A program made the translations under genes and the position numbers. A stretch of 64,000 nucleotides of DNA, taken from Deltaproteobacteria bacterium. GTDB lineage: Bacteria; Myxococcota; Kuafuiibacteriia; Kuafuiibacteriales; Kuafuiibacteriaceae. This document shows positions 1-10,397 of the stretch, piece after piece. Positions within the stretch are counted from its first letter, which is position 1, and each line of letters starts with the position of its first letter. The notes under the pieces were generated by a model. That model did not search any database, was not told where the DNA came from, and saw only the letters and a program-made list of their open reading frames with translations. The stretch spans positions 64,001 through 128,000 of the forward strand of contig JAVJQW010000042.1 of assembly GCA_040218735.1 (NCBI GenBank). Reading direction: 5' to 3'.

Positions 1-129
1 GGACACGCGGTCCTCCCCGAAGCGCGCCTCCCAGTCCCACGCCGGTGGCCCGCTGCCGACCCCCGGTGCCGCGGGGGACGAGGGAGGCGGCGCCGACCGC
101 TGTGGAGTGACTCGGTTGCCGTCGGACAT
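1..129 (-). CDS. Hypothetical protein, 5' part only (runs off the window edge)
   Basis: ATG at 129-127 preceded by AGGAGG; open to position 1 (MSDGNRVTPQRSAPPPSSPAAPGVGSGPPAWDWEARFGEDRVS); 22 nt downstream of the previous stop. Confidence 0.7.
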   Translation of the reverse strand, partial: MSDGNRVTPQRSAPPPSSPAAPGVGSGPPAWDWEARFGEDRVS

Positions 130-151
130 CGTCCCGCCTCCTCGCGTCGCG

Positions 152-1552
152 TCAGCTGTAGAGCTGCTGCGCGACCTGGTTCTTGTTGTCGAGGATCGTG
201 TTCGTGAGCAGCTTCAGGGCGCTCAGGTTCTCCTGAATCTGTTGCAACTCACGGGACAACAGCTCGGTGCCCTTCGGTCCGTCGCCGAAGACACCTTCGG
301 TCTCGCCGCCTCCGCCGTTCTCTCCGCCGCCCTCGACGTTGTTGCGTGTCCGCTCGTCGAGCTCCTTCGCCTTGTCGATGAGTTTGTCGTTGAGCACCTC
401 CACGAGGAGCGCGAGGATGATCGTGATGAGGATCTCCGCGTCGACCCCCGACGCGAGCAGGTCCGAGATCCGCCCGCCGAAGTCGCTCCCTCCGGGGCTC
501 TCGCGCGGCGCGGGCGTGTTGCCGGGCCCGGAGGTGCCGCCCGATCCGGAGGTGCTCCCCGACCCGGAGGTGTTGCCCGGCCCCGTTGGGTTGCCGTTGC
601 CCGACGTCGACTCGCTGCCGCCTGCACCGCCCTGGAGCGCCTCGAGCAGCTTCTCGAGGAGCTCGGTGAGGTCACCGTTCGACGTCGAGCCCTCCGTCCG
701 CGCCAACAACGCTTCGAGGAGCTGCTTCAACAGATCTTCGATCTCCCCCGTGTCGGCTTCGGGCGCGCCCCCCGCTCCGCCGGCGCCTTCCGCTCCGCCG
801 GCGCCTTCCGCGTCACCGAGGAGCACTTCGATGCGGTCGAGCAGGTCCGAGAGCGCGTCGAGCAGCTCCCCGAACTCCTCGGTGTTCGCCGCGCCGTCGA
901 GCGCCCGCTGCTGACGCGCGGTGATGCCCGACGCGGGCGAAGAGAGGTCGGAGCGCACCGTCGTGTCGTCGTTCAGGAAGTTCCGAACGGAGGGGTCGAG
1001 CCCATGCACGTCGTAGAACTCACCGTCCCGTTCGAGGACGGCGAACTCACCGTTGTCCTGCAGCGCAAAGATGCCGGACTCGTTTCCGGGCGCGGCGTCG
1101 CGGTTCGCGGCGTCGAACTCGACCCCGTCCTGGGTGATGCCGTCCACTCCGTCCTCACCCACGTGCAGCCGGTCGTTCCCCGAGATGATGTCGACGGCGG
1201 CGATGCGGTCGCGGTTGCCGTTGGTGGCTTCGAGGTCGAGGGAGATCTTCGTCCCGTCGGGGAGGATGAACGACGAGTCATCGCCGAAGTTGAAGAACTC
1301 ACCGCTCGCCGCCTCGAAGACGCGGTTGCCGGAGATGGACGCGATCAACTCACCCGCCGGGTCGTAGATCTGCACGGTGTTGTCGCGGTTCACGGCGACC
1401 TGGTATCCGTCCGGCGTCTGCACGCGTTGTTTCTCGTCGCCCTGCTCGGGGACCTTGTCCAGGCCCCCCTCGGTCTGAGGGGTCGGCGGGTCCTGCGCGA
1501 TGATGTCGCGGATGCGTTGCTCGTTCGGGTCTCGGTTGCGAATGGGGTACAT
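152..1552 (-). CDS. DUF1521-like domain protein with harpin-like composition
   Basis: Start MYPIRNRD with AGGAG RBS; N-terminal FNFGDDSSFILPDGTKISL resembles DUF1521; acidic, Gly-rich, no Cys or Trp; Leu-rich amphipathic helices; C-terminal hydrophobic helix and coiled coil. Confidence 0.7.
   Translation of the reverse strand: MYPIRNRDPNEQRIRDIIAQDPPTPQTEGGLDKVPEQGDEKQRVQTPDGYQVAVNRDNTVQIYDPAGELIASISGNRVFEAASGEFFNFGDDSSFILPDGTKISLDLEATNGNRDRIAAVDIISGNDRLHVGEDGVDGITQDGVEFDAANRDAAPGNESGIFALQDNGEFAVLERDGEFYDVHGLDPSVRNFLNDDTTVRSDLSSPASGITARQQRALDGAANTEEFGELLDALSDLLDRIEVLLGDAEGAGGAEGAGGAGGAPEADTGEIEDLLKQLLEALLARTEGSTSNGDLTELLEKLLEALQGGAGGSESTSGNGNPTGPGNTSGSGSTSGSGGTSGPGNTPAPRESPGGSDFGGRISDLLASGVDAEILITIILALLVEVLNDKLIDKAKELDERTRNNVEGGGENGGGGETEGVFGDGPKGTELLSRELQQIQENLSALKLLTNTILDNKNQVAQQLYS
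515..592. repeat. Degenerate 18-bp coding tandem repeat (GPGNTS/GSGSTS/GSGGTS linker)
   Basis: ccggaggtg recurs every 18 bp. Confidence 0.6.
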
Positions 1553-1587
1553 CGTTGTGGTTCTCCTGTGTTCGTTCTGAGTTGGAT

Positions 1588-1848
1588 CTAGGCGCGGAGC
1601 CGCTGCGACAGGACGTCGAGGCGTCGCCACATGGGGTGCTCGACGAACCGCGCCGCGCGACCACGGAACGCCTCGACCTTTTCGTCGTAGGCGGCGATGC
1701 GTCGGCGAAGCTCCCTTCGCTCGCGCACCGCGCTACGGCCGGTCCGCTCGATCGACTCGATGTTGCGCGCATCGAGGAGGATGCGTTCTTCGAGGCCTTC
1801 GAAGTACGCGGCGATTCTGAGTAGGGCGTTGGCGTTGGCTTGGTTCAT
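1588..1848 (-). CDS. Small helical hypothetical protein (86 aa)
   Basis: ATG with GGAG RBS; sits within a same-strand gene run; coiled-coil-like sequence. Confidence 0.75.
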   Translation of the reverse strand: MNQANANALLRIAAYFEGLEERILLDARNIESIERTGRSAVRERRELRRRIAAYDEKVEAFRGRAARFVEHPMWRRLDVLSQRLRA

Positions 1849-1875
1849 GAGTTGGTCTCCAGGTGAAAGGTGAGG

Positions 1876-3057
1876 TCAGGCCGCCTGCTTCCGCGCGAAG
1901 AACGCGCGGAGGCGTTGGGTTGCGGACATCGGCCCGGTCGTCGGCTCACCACCCCGCATGAATCCGGTCGCACCGGACTTCAGGCGGATGGGGCCGTTGA
2001 TCGAGTCGAGGAAAGTCTTCGTCATTCGGCAGAAGTCACCGTCGCCGAAACACGAGGGGCGCGAGAAACGTGCGGAGGCGCCTGCGTCGCGGCACGACGG
2101 TGCGCTGAAGTTGTTCTCCAACCACGCGATCAGCGCTGCTTCGTGGTGAGCGCTGATGAAGTAGTCTTCGAATCGGTACGTCTCCGTTCGTGCGCGCGGA
2201 AGAAATTGCCAGTCGTTTGCGATGAACGGATCGGGGCTCGCGAAGGTCATCGACCGCGCGGAGACCTCGTTCGGCGAGGCGCGCAGGCCGTAGCTCGTCG
2301 CGCCTTCCGCGAGGACCACGATGTCGTGGTGGTGGAGGCCGCGCGCCATGAGGAGCTGGAGCGGGTACCGCGGCGCGTAGAGGTACGCGCGCAGCTGTCG
2401 CGCGAGGGCCTTCGCCGGCGTACGGCCGTCGAAGTGCACGCGCAGGAATCGCTCGAGGTCGCGGACACGCGGAGCGAACGCGACGGCGACCATCGCGGCC
2501 CGGCGTGCGCCGACGACAGCGGCGTCGACGCGCGGCCCGGCGACGTACGTGATGAACGTGCGGCGGTCGCCCTCGGAGAGGACGTAGAAGGCCTCCGTGG
2601 CGACGAGCACCGCCATCGTCTTGCGCGACGCGCTGTGGTGACGGCTGCGGTCGAGCTCTTGGAGGAGGAAGAGCTGGGCGTCGGGTGTGAGGCGGGCGAG
2701 CCCCGAGTCGATGAGTGACTCGAAGTCCGCGGTGGCCGCGGCGTCGTCCGGGAGCTTCGCGAGCACGTCGAAGAAGAGCCGCTGCGCCCGCGGCGCGACG
2801 GCGGCGAAGGTCGGCTTGCGAGCGATCGACACCAACGCGTCGCGTGCGGCGTCGACCTGCGCACGCGCGGCGGCGCGGGTCAGCGCGACCTTCGTCGGCT
2901 CGGGCAGCGTCGCGAGCGCCGGCTCCTCCGCGAGCGCGGCGTAGCAGGAGGGCGGCACGTCGGCGTAGCGCGTGGTGTCGACCAGGCGGTGGAGCCGAAA
3001 CGCGATCTGCTCGCTCGTGACGAGGTTCTCCGGGCGGCGCGTCTCGCTCTCGTGCAT
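1876..3057 (-). CDS. Hypothetical protein (393 aa), first gene behind a sigma-54 promoter
   Basis: Typical high-GC3 coding frame; helical N-terminal half; ATG 13 nt downstream of the -12 element. Confidence 0.8.
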   Translation of the reverse strand: MHESETRRPENLVTSEQIAFRLHRLVDTTRYADVPPSCYAALAEEPALATLPEPTKVALTRAAARAQVDAARDALVSIARKPTFAAVAPRAQRLFFDVLAKLPDDAAATADFESLIDSGLARLTPDAQLFLLQELDRSRHHSASRKTMAVLVATEAFYVLSEGDRRTFITYVAGPRVDAAVVGARRAAMVAVAFAPRVRDLERFLRVHFDGRTPAKALARQLRAYLYAPRYPLQLLMARGLHHHDIVVLAEGATSYGLRASPNEVSARSMTFASPDPFIANDWQFLPRARTETYRFEDYFISAHHEAALIAWLENNFSAPSCRDAGASARFSRPSCFGDGDFCRMTKTFLDSINGPIRLKSGATGFMRGGEPTTGPMSATQRLRAFFARKQAA

Positions 3058-3070
3058 GACCTGGGTTCAA

Positions 3071-3086
3071 AGCAGGGCGCGTGCCA
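3071..3086 (-). promoter_or_regulatory. Sigma-54 (-24/-12) promoter
   Basis: Minus strand reads TGGCACGCGCCCTGCT, with GG-N10-GC spacing. Confidence 0.8.
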
Positions 3087-3115
3087 GCCCCGAGGGGGTG
3101 TTCGAAGGGCATGCG

Positions 3116-3195
3116 GTGCGCCACATCGGTCGCCGGTGCGTCAGCGGCGGTCGGGTCGCGCCAGGTGATGCGCCAGAGGCGGCGCGCGTGTGTCA
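3116..3195. promoter_or_regulatory. Phased TGCGCCA-like repeats, putative enhancer (UAS)
   Basis: GTGCGCCA 3116, GTGCGTCA 3136, TCGCGCCA 3156 (20-bp period); ATGCGCCA 3168 and GTGTGTCA 3188 (also 20 bp apart). Confidence 0.6.
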
Positions 3196-3297
3196 CGCCG
3201 GGCGCCGTGAGCACGCGATCCGCCTGGCGTCGAAAGTGCAGTCACCCTGCGCATGCGCTCGTTCGACGCCTACTCGCAGACACTCATCTCGGATCGC

Positions 3298-3522
3298 ATG
3301 GCGACGGTCGTCGAGCGTCCGACCCGAACGATCGTGTCGTTGCGTCCACCGTCGATCGCAGAAGAGCGGTGCGAGCCCACGCGGCGGATGACACGCGGAG
3401 CCACGCTCGTCGCGGTGGCCGGTCGCGAGCGCGCCGCGCGCGAGGACGTGAGCCTCCTCCTGTTCAGCGTCGTGCTCGGAGCGACCGCGGGGCTCGGGTT
3501 CTGCGCGGGGCTGTTGTTCTGA
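3298..3522 (+). CDS. Small protein with a C-terminal transmembrane helix
   Basis: MATVVERP...SLLLFSVVLGATAGLGFCAGLLF; fills the gap between genes. Confidence 0.55.
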   Translation: MATVVERPTRTIVSLRPPSIAEERCEPTRRMTRGATLVAVAGRERAAREDVSLLLFSVVLGATAGLGFCAGLLF

Positions 3523-3525
3523 GCA

Positions 3526-4751
<1,226 letters not shown>

Positions 4752-4755
<4 letters not shown>

Positions 4756-6194
4756 GAGCCAGCGAAGTATAGCCCCAGCACGGCGCCGATGACGCCGGAC
4801 ACGATCGACGCCGCGAGGAGCAGGAGGATCACCGTCCGCTTCGAGAGGGCGGGCGTCGCCTCGGGTCGTCGAGGGAGCTCCACCGTCGGGAGCAAGAACG
4901 TGGGTTTGGCGCGCCGGGGCTGCGGCGGACGCGCGATGTGCCAGTCGCTGAGGTCCGCGGGTTCCTCGTTCTCCGGCCGGAGTGTGTCGTCATGCTCCTC
5001 TGCGTCGCTGTCGTGACGGACGGTCGGGTCGGCGGTGGGATCCCACGGCGTCGCGGGATCGACGGTCGCCGCTTCGGCGCGCATCGTCGCGTCCCCGGCG
5101 CCTTCGTCGAGCGCGGGGCTCGCGCCGATGGTCGGTTGCGCTTCGTCGTGAACGAACCGCCGCGACACGTCGCTCCAGGCGGCGGCGTCCGGGTGCGCGA
5201 TGGCGCGGACGCGCTCCATCCGTGCCTCGTCCTTCTCCCGCTCTTTCGCGAAGACCACGGATAACCAGCTCGCGACGGTGGCGGCCTCGTGCGGCGACGG
5301 CGGTCCGGCGAAGCGCTCCAACCGCTCGAGCGCGACGCGCGCCGTGCGGATTCGTTTCGTCATGTTGGTCGCCATCATGGCCTGCACGAGCGCGACGAGC
5401 TCTGCCGGCAGATCGGGCCGCAGCGTTTCGAGGGGGCGCGGTTGTTCGGACACCGCCTTGAGCAACACCTCCGTGCCCTTCCCCAAGAACGGCGGTGTGC
5501 CGGTCAACAGGCGGTAGGCGACGGCGCCGGCGCCGTAGATGTCGGACGCGGTCGTGGGTGGGTCGCCGAGGACGATCTCGGGAGCGAGGTAACTCGGGGT
5601 GCCGATGACGAAGTCCTGCGTGAGGTCGTAGCGCTCCGTCAGCGCGGACTTCGCGATCCCGAAGTCCACGAGCTTGGTGCGACCGTCGTATCCGACGATG
5701 ACGTTCCCGGGCGTCACGTCGCGGTGGACGATGCCGGGTTGGCGGCCGTCGCCGACCGGGACCTCGTGCACGTAGGCGAGGGCGGTCAGGACGTCGCGCA
5801 GGATCGGGATCATCACGTCGGCCGGGACGTCGAGTTTACGTGCGCGGGTGGTGCGGGCGATCGCGAGCGCGTCGCGACCGAGGACGGGTTCGACCGCTAC
5901 GTACAGGCCCGCGGCGACGCGCCCGACGTGATACGTCTCGGCGAGGTTCGGATGGCGTAGGCGAACGGCGAGCTCGGCTTCGTGTCGGAAGCGTTCTACT
6001 GAAACGAAGTCCGTCTCCTTCGGGGTGAGCAATGACTTCACGACGGCCACGGGACGGTCCGGCCACGGGGTGCGCGCCAGGTGGAGCTGCCCCATGCCGC
6101 CGTGGGTGAAGGCCTCGACCAGCAAGAAGGGGCCGAAGCGAGGGTACGTCGGCTGGACGTCCGTATCGTCGTCGGGGCGATGTGTTTCACTCAT
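4752..6194 (-). CDS. Hanks-type Ser/Thr protein kinase with a C-terminal membrane anchor
   Basis: GGMG loop, AVVK, HRDVTPGN, DFG, GTPSYLAPE; terminal TM VILLLLAASIVSGVIGAVLGLYF; start taken at MSETHR. Confidence 0.92.
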
Positions 6195-6253
6195 CGACGG
6201 CCACCGTTCAGGCGCGATCGTTATAGCGTCGAGGGGCCCTTCGTTCCACACGG

Positions 6254-8383
6254 TCACGGCTCGTGATAGCTCGCGTACGCTTCGACGAACGCCTCGCGCG
6301 ATTGGAAGAACGCCTCGAGATCGGCGCCGATGCCCTCGCGCCACCGTCCGGGCTGAACGCCGCCCTCGACGAGCAGGGCCTTCGCGATGATGTCGATCGC
6401 CGCTGCGCTCGACCGCTCGAAGGGGTTCATGTTCGCGCCCCACCAGTGGAGGTTGGCGACGGCGTCGACGAGCGCGCGCGGTGACTCGGCGCCGCGTGCG
6501 TCGGACCACGCGACCTCCGCCTTCTCGAGGATCGCGTCGAACGAAGACGGCGGCGGGTGGCTCCAGCTGGGGCTTCGTCTCTTGCCGTTGCTGAACACGA
6601 GCTCGCCCTCGTGGGTCGTGAGTCGAATGCCGTCCTCCGTCGCGCGCCAGGTCTCCTCACCGAAGACGTCGAGCGACTCGACGCTCGGCGCTTGGTAGCC
6701 CTCGTACTTTCCGGTCATCGGCGTCGAGCTGGTGGCCGTGCGTGGTCGGCCGAACTCCCGCTGGTCCCACACGTCCGTTCGCTCGAGGTCGCGCATGATC
6801 TGGTTGATGGGCAGGGACACGAAGTCGAGCGCGTCCTGAAACGAATGAATTCCACCCACCGCGATGCCCTGCCGCAGCTCGGTCACGAGCTGCGCCGCCG
6901 CGTGTCCGTACGCTTCGTTGGTGCCGACGGTCTCCCATCCAGGGAGCCGCTGGATCAGCGAGGCTTCGAGCGGCACCGGAGCGCCGAGATGACCGTCGAG
7001 GACGGCGCGGTTCGCGGCGTCGACCTCTGCGTCCGAGCGTGTCCCGGGCGTGGGATTCCTCAGGACGTGGAACGGGAGCGGATCGCCGAACTGCGGCTCC
7101 TGCGACCTCCAGAGCACGTCCATCGGCTCGACCCCCGCGGTGACCAGCTCGACGGGGCTCGTCACGAGGCCGCCGATCCCCTCCAGGAGCACCTCACCGG
7201 GCTCCGTGATCGCACCCGTGGACCAGAGCTGTGCGACGGCCTCGCCCGAGGTGTCGACGCCCGTTTGAAACGCGAGGTTCGCCGTCTGCCCGCCGACGCC
7301 CCGACCGAACGGACTGCCGTACCCGATCGTCGCAAACACCGACACGGCGGCGGCTCGCCGTTCCGCAAAGGATTCCACCGACGCCATCAGCTCCGGGTCG
7401 CGCCACGCTTCGATCACCGCCGCCGCGTCGGTGACGTCGACGCCGTGAGCGACGAGTGATTCGCGGAGCGCGAAGCCGTACTCACTGCCGAACGACGCGG
7501 CGCCGGCCGCGATGCGTGCCCCCCACGGGCCGCCGATCCACGCGCCGAGCGCGCCGGCCGCGAACACGTCGGGTTGGCTGGCGACGCTGCTGAAGAACAC
7601 CTGCGACGCGACCTCCACGGCGTCGAGCCCGTCCGCCGTGAGGACGTCGTACGCCTCGCGGATCGTCACGGTGCGCGCGAGGCGATCGAGCAGAGGAGAG
7701 TGCGGAATCTCTGCGGCGGCTTGGTCGGCGCGCGCGGCGTTGGCGATGTTCGTCGGCACGCTCTCGCGCAGTCTATTGAGTAGCTTGGTGCGCCGTTCGG
7801 GATCCATCGCGAAGTACCCGGCGATTTCACCCGGGACGGTTTCGAGCCGTCGCGGCACGCCCTCGCCGGCTTCGATGCGCTCCAGGATCTCCAACACCCG
7901 CGCTTGGCCGCGGGCCCGCGAGTCGAACCAACGTGCTTGGAGGCGGTGCCATCCGCGCACGAGCGGGTGCCACACGTCGCGTTCGAAGACGCCGTGCTCG
8001 GCTTCGAAGTCGTGCTGCGCGACGTGGTCCCGCGCGGCCTGCTCGGCCTCCGGCGCGTCGTCGAGTCGGACGACGTAATCCCCGCGCGTGAGCTCGTCGA
8101 AGGAGACGCTGCCCGCGTCGAAGTGGACGCGGTCGTCGACACCGGTGACCGCGAGGTGGGGGCCGCCCGGCAGGCCGACGTGGACCCGTCCGCCTTCCTC
8201 GAGCGCGAGCCTGAGCACGGCTTCGAGTTGACGCGAGGCGAGCTTCGCAGCCTCGAACCGCAACGGCGGGGGCGTAGGCGTCGGGAGCGGCGCTTCGTAG
8301 GCGTCAGGGCGTTCGGGTTCCGGCTCGTCCGCCTCGGTCGCAGGAAGGCGCGGGAGCAGGGGGGCGGAGCGGTCGACGCGCAT
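6254..8383 (-). CDS. Multidomain protein with a C-terminal AvrB/AvrC-like (Fido-fold) domain
   Basis: C-terminus LHWWGANMNPFERSSAAAIDIIAKALL..GIGADLEAF..REAFVEAY recalls the AvrB-family pattern HW..xPxxRGSAA..GIxPDLEA; central Gly/Ala hydrophobic region; start MRVDRS directly behind a sigma-54 promoter. Confidence 0.7.
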   Translation of the reverse strand: MRVDRSAPLLPRLPATEADEPEPERPDAYEAPLPTPTPPPLRFEAAKLASRQLEAVLRLALEEGGRVHVGLPGGPHLAVTGVDDRVHFDAGSVSFDELTRGDYVVRLDDAPEAEQAARDHVAQHDFEAEHGVFERDVWHPLVRGWHRLQARWFDSRARGQARVLEILERIEAGEGVPRRLETVPGEIAGYFAMDPERRTKLLNRLRESVPTNIANAARADQAAAEIPHSPLLDRLARTVTIREAYDVLTADGLDAVEVASQVFFSSVASQPDVFAAGALGAWIGGPWGARIAAGAASFGSEYGFALRESLVAHGVDVTDAAAVIEAWRDPELMASVESFAERRAAAVSVFATIGYGSPFGRGVGGQTANLAFQTGVDTSGEAVAQLWSTGAITEPGEVLLEGIGGLVTSPVELVTAGVEPMDVLWRSQEPQFGDPLPFHVLRNPTPGTRSDAEVDAANRAVLDGHLGAPVPLEASLIQRLPGWETVGTNEAYGHAAAQLVTELRQGIAVGGIHSFQDALDFVSLPINQIMRDLERTDVWDQREFGRPRTATSSTPMTGKYEGYQAPSVESLDVFGEETWRATEDGIRLTTHEGELVFSNGKRRSPSWSHPPPSSFDAILEKAEVAWSDARGAESPRALVDAVANLHWWGANMNPFERSSAAAIDIIAKALLVEGGVQPGRWREGIGADLEAFFQSREAFVEAYASYHEP

Positions 8384-8397
8384 GGTGCTTCGTCGAG

Positions 8398-8413
8398 AGC
8401 ACGGCGCGTGCCA
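8398..8413 (-). promoter_or_regulatory. Sigma-54 (-24/-12) promoter
   Basis: Minus strand reads TGGCACGCGCCGTGCT, 15/16 identical to the promoter at 3071-3086. Confidence 0.8.
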
Positions 8414-8475
8414 CGGCGCGCCCGGAGAACCTTCGGGGCCTCGGTGCGACGACGCCGGTCGAGATGGGCGCGGCG

Positions 8476-8543
8476 TTGCGCCAGATGCGGAACGGTTGCG
8501 CCACGAAGGGATCGATTGCGCCAAGTCCGCCGTGGCGTTGTCA
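8476..8543. promoter_or_regulatory. TTGCGCCA x3 direct repeats with a 20-bp period, putative enhancer (UAS)
   Basis: Exact TTGCGCCA at 8476, 8496 and 8516; degenerate fourth copy (CGTTGTCA) at 8536. Confidence 0.7.
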
Positions 8544-8564
8544 CGACATCGATGCGGATCGAAG

Positions 8565-9338
8565 ATGCGAACCGTGCCGGTGAAGGCGGCCATGTTCCTC
8601 ACGCTCTTCGTCACGGATCCGAGCGCGGTGGTCCGACACGAGGTCGACGCCGCGATCGCTGCGGCGTCGTCCGACCGCGCGGGGCTTCGCATCATCACCG
8701 CGGAGGAGCGCTTCGTCCTCGCGGAGGACATCGAGGATCAGGTGCGCCGGTGCGGCTCGGACGTGGGTTGTGTCGCCGACCGTGTTCACGCCGTCCGCGC
8801 GGACTGGGTGGGCCTCGTGTTGATCGACGCGCCGTCGCGCCTCGTCGACGTACGCCTGATCGACGTCGCGGCGAGGAAGGCGATCGCCTCCGCGGCCGCG
8901 CGACCCGAGGGAGGGCCGGGCCCCACGCTGCAGCGCTTCGTGGGTGAGGCGCTCGACGCGGCTGGTCACCCGCGCAACGCGCGGCTCGAAGTGCGCGTCA
9001 CTCCCTCCGACGCGACGTTGCTGGTCGAACCCTCCGCGACCGCGCCGATCCGCGCCGGCACGCCCGCGGTGCTCGCACCCGGGACCTATCGAATCACCGC
9101 GACCCGCGACGACCACGTTGCTCACACCACCGAAATTACGTTGGCTGCGGAGGAGCACCGCACCGTCGACGTGCGGCTCGACGCGGTCCCGACGCTGGTG
9201 GAGCAGCCGTGGTTCTGGGGCGGTGTCGCGGTGGTCGTCGGCGCGGGGCTCGTCACGGCGCTCGTCGCGCTGGACGGACGAGCGACGTGTTACTGCGTGC
9301 GCCGCCCGGGTGTGGTGTGTCCGGAGTCTTGTCCTTAG
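8565..9338 (+). CDS. PEGA domain protein
   Basis: LEVRVTPSDATLLVE..LAPGTYRITATRDD; PWFWGGVAVVVGAG TM segment; Cys-rich tail; start uncertain. Confidence 0.75.
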   Translation: MRTVPVKAAMFLTLFVTDPSAVVRHEVDAAIAAASSDRAGLRIITAEERFVLAEDIEDQVRRCGSDVGCVADRVHAVRADWVGLVLIDAPSRLVDVRLIDVAARKAIASAAARPEGGPGPTLQRFVGEALDAAGHPRNARLEVRVTPSDATLLVEPSATAPIRAGTPAVLAPGTYRITATRDDHVAHTTEITLAAEEHRTVDVRLDAVPTLVEQPWFWGGVAVVVGAGLVTALVALDGRATCYCVRRPGVVCPESCP

Positions 9339-9362
9339 AGATCGCGTCCGTGGAGATCGGAT

Positions 9363-10397
9363 TCAACCGACGGATCGAATCGCAGCGCGCTGACCGGGCT
9401 CGTGCGCGACGAACCACTCCGACAGCTTCGACCACAGCCGATCCTTCGCCTTCGGCGAGACGACCGCGCCGACGTGACCGCCGTTGAGGTGAAGCTGCTT
9501 CTTGTCGGTGCTGGCGATTCTATCCAGTAGAATCGATGCGCTGGCGTGCGGGACGATGTGGTCGTGTTCGAACGTTACGACCATCGTCGGCGTTTCAATG
9601 GTCTCCAACCGCGCCGGCTGACCGGACAGCGTGAAGGTCCCCGCGAGGAGCGCGTTCCGCTGGTACAGCTCCTCGATGTAGCGTCGGTACGCCTCGCCCG
9701 GGAACGACACGTTGTCCGAGCCCCACCGCTCCGCGGCGAAGAAACCATCGAGGAACTCGTCGTCCTCCGCGCGGTCCAGCACCGCGACCATCTTCGCGAA
9801 GTTGAGCGTCGGCTTCAGCATGTGAAAGCTGGCTTGCATCAGCGGCCACGGCACGTTGCCGAACGCCTCGACAACCGAACCCACGTCGAATGACTTCGTG
9901 CGCGTCCACCGCGACAGCAGCCCCTCGTCGTAGAACTGAATCGGTGCGGCGAGGGCGACGTGCGAAGCGATACGCTCCGGACGAACCGCGTTGTGGATCG
10001 TCGTGAGCGTGCCACCGAGGCAGTAACCCAGCAGGTGCGCCCGATCCGAACCCGCGAGCCGCGTGCTCTTACGCAGCGCGCGCGCGATGTAGTTGTCCGC
10101 GTAGGTGTCGAACGTGAGGTACCGGTCCTCGGGCCCCGGCGTACCCCAGTCGATGATGAAGACGTCGTGGCCGCGCGACACCAGGTCCTCGACGACGCTC
10201 CGGCCGGGCGCGAGGTCCAAGACGTAGTGCCGGTTGATCAACGACGGCACCATGAGCACCGGCGTTCGGTACCGACGCGACGAACGATAACGAAGGAGCT
10301 TCCACTTGTTCTCGCGATGCACGACGTCGTGCGGCGTCTGGCCGACGGCCGGACGCCCTTTGGCGACGCGCTTCGCGAGGTTCAGCAGGCGCCTCAC
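9363..10397 (-). CDS. phaC: Class III-type PHA synthase, copy 1
   Basis: VPSLINRHYVLDL, IDWG, lipase box GYCLGG, catalytic Asp (EHDHIVP) and His (GGHVG). Confidence 0.88.
   Translation of the reverse strand: MRRLLNLAKRVAKGRPAVGQTPHDVVHRENKWKLLRYRSSRRYRTPVLMVPSLINRHYVLDLAPGRSVVEDLVSRGHDVFIIDWGTPGPEDRYLTFDTYADNYIARALRKSTRLAGSDRAHLLGYCLGGTLTTIHNAVRPERIASHVALAAPIQFYDEGLLSRWTRTKSFDVGSVVEAFGNVPWPLMQASFHMLKPTLNFAKMVAVLDRAEDDEFLDGFFAAERWGSDNVSFPGEAYRRYIEELYQRNALLAGTFTLSGQPARLETIETPTMVVTFEHDHIVPHASASILLDRIASTDKKQLHLNGGHVGAVVSPKAKDRLWSKLSEWFVAHEPGQRAAIRSVG

Noticed and set aside
107-1591. Long antisense ORFs (also 10655-12532, 13701-16295, 27166-30039, 52709-55375, 59914-62532)
   Set aside because: Shadow frames opposite well-supported genes; expected at high GC, with no motifs
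8476-8543. Mini-CRISPR or iteron interpretation of the phased repeats
   Set aside because: 8-bp repeats with 12-bp spacers are too short; no cas or rep gene; position fits an enhancer
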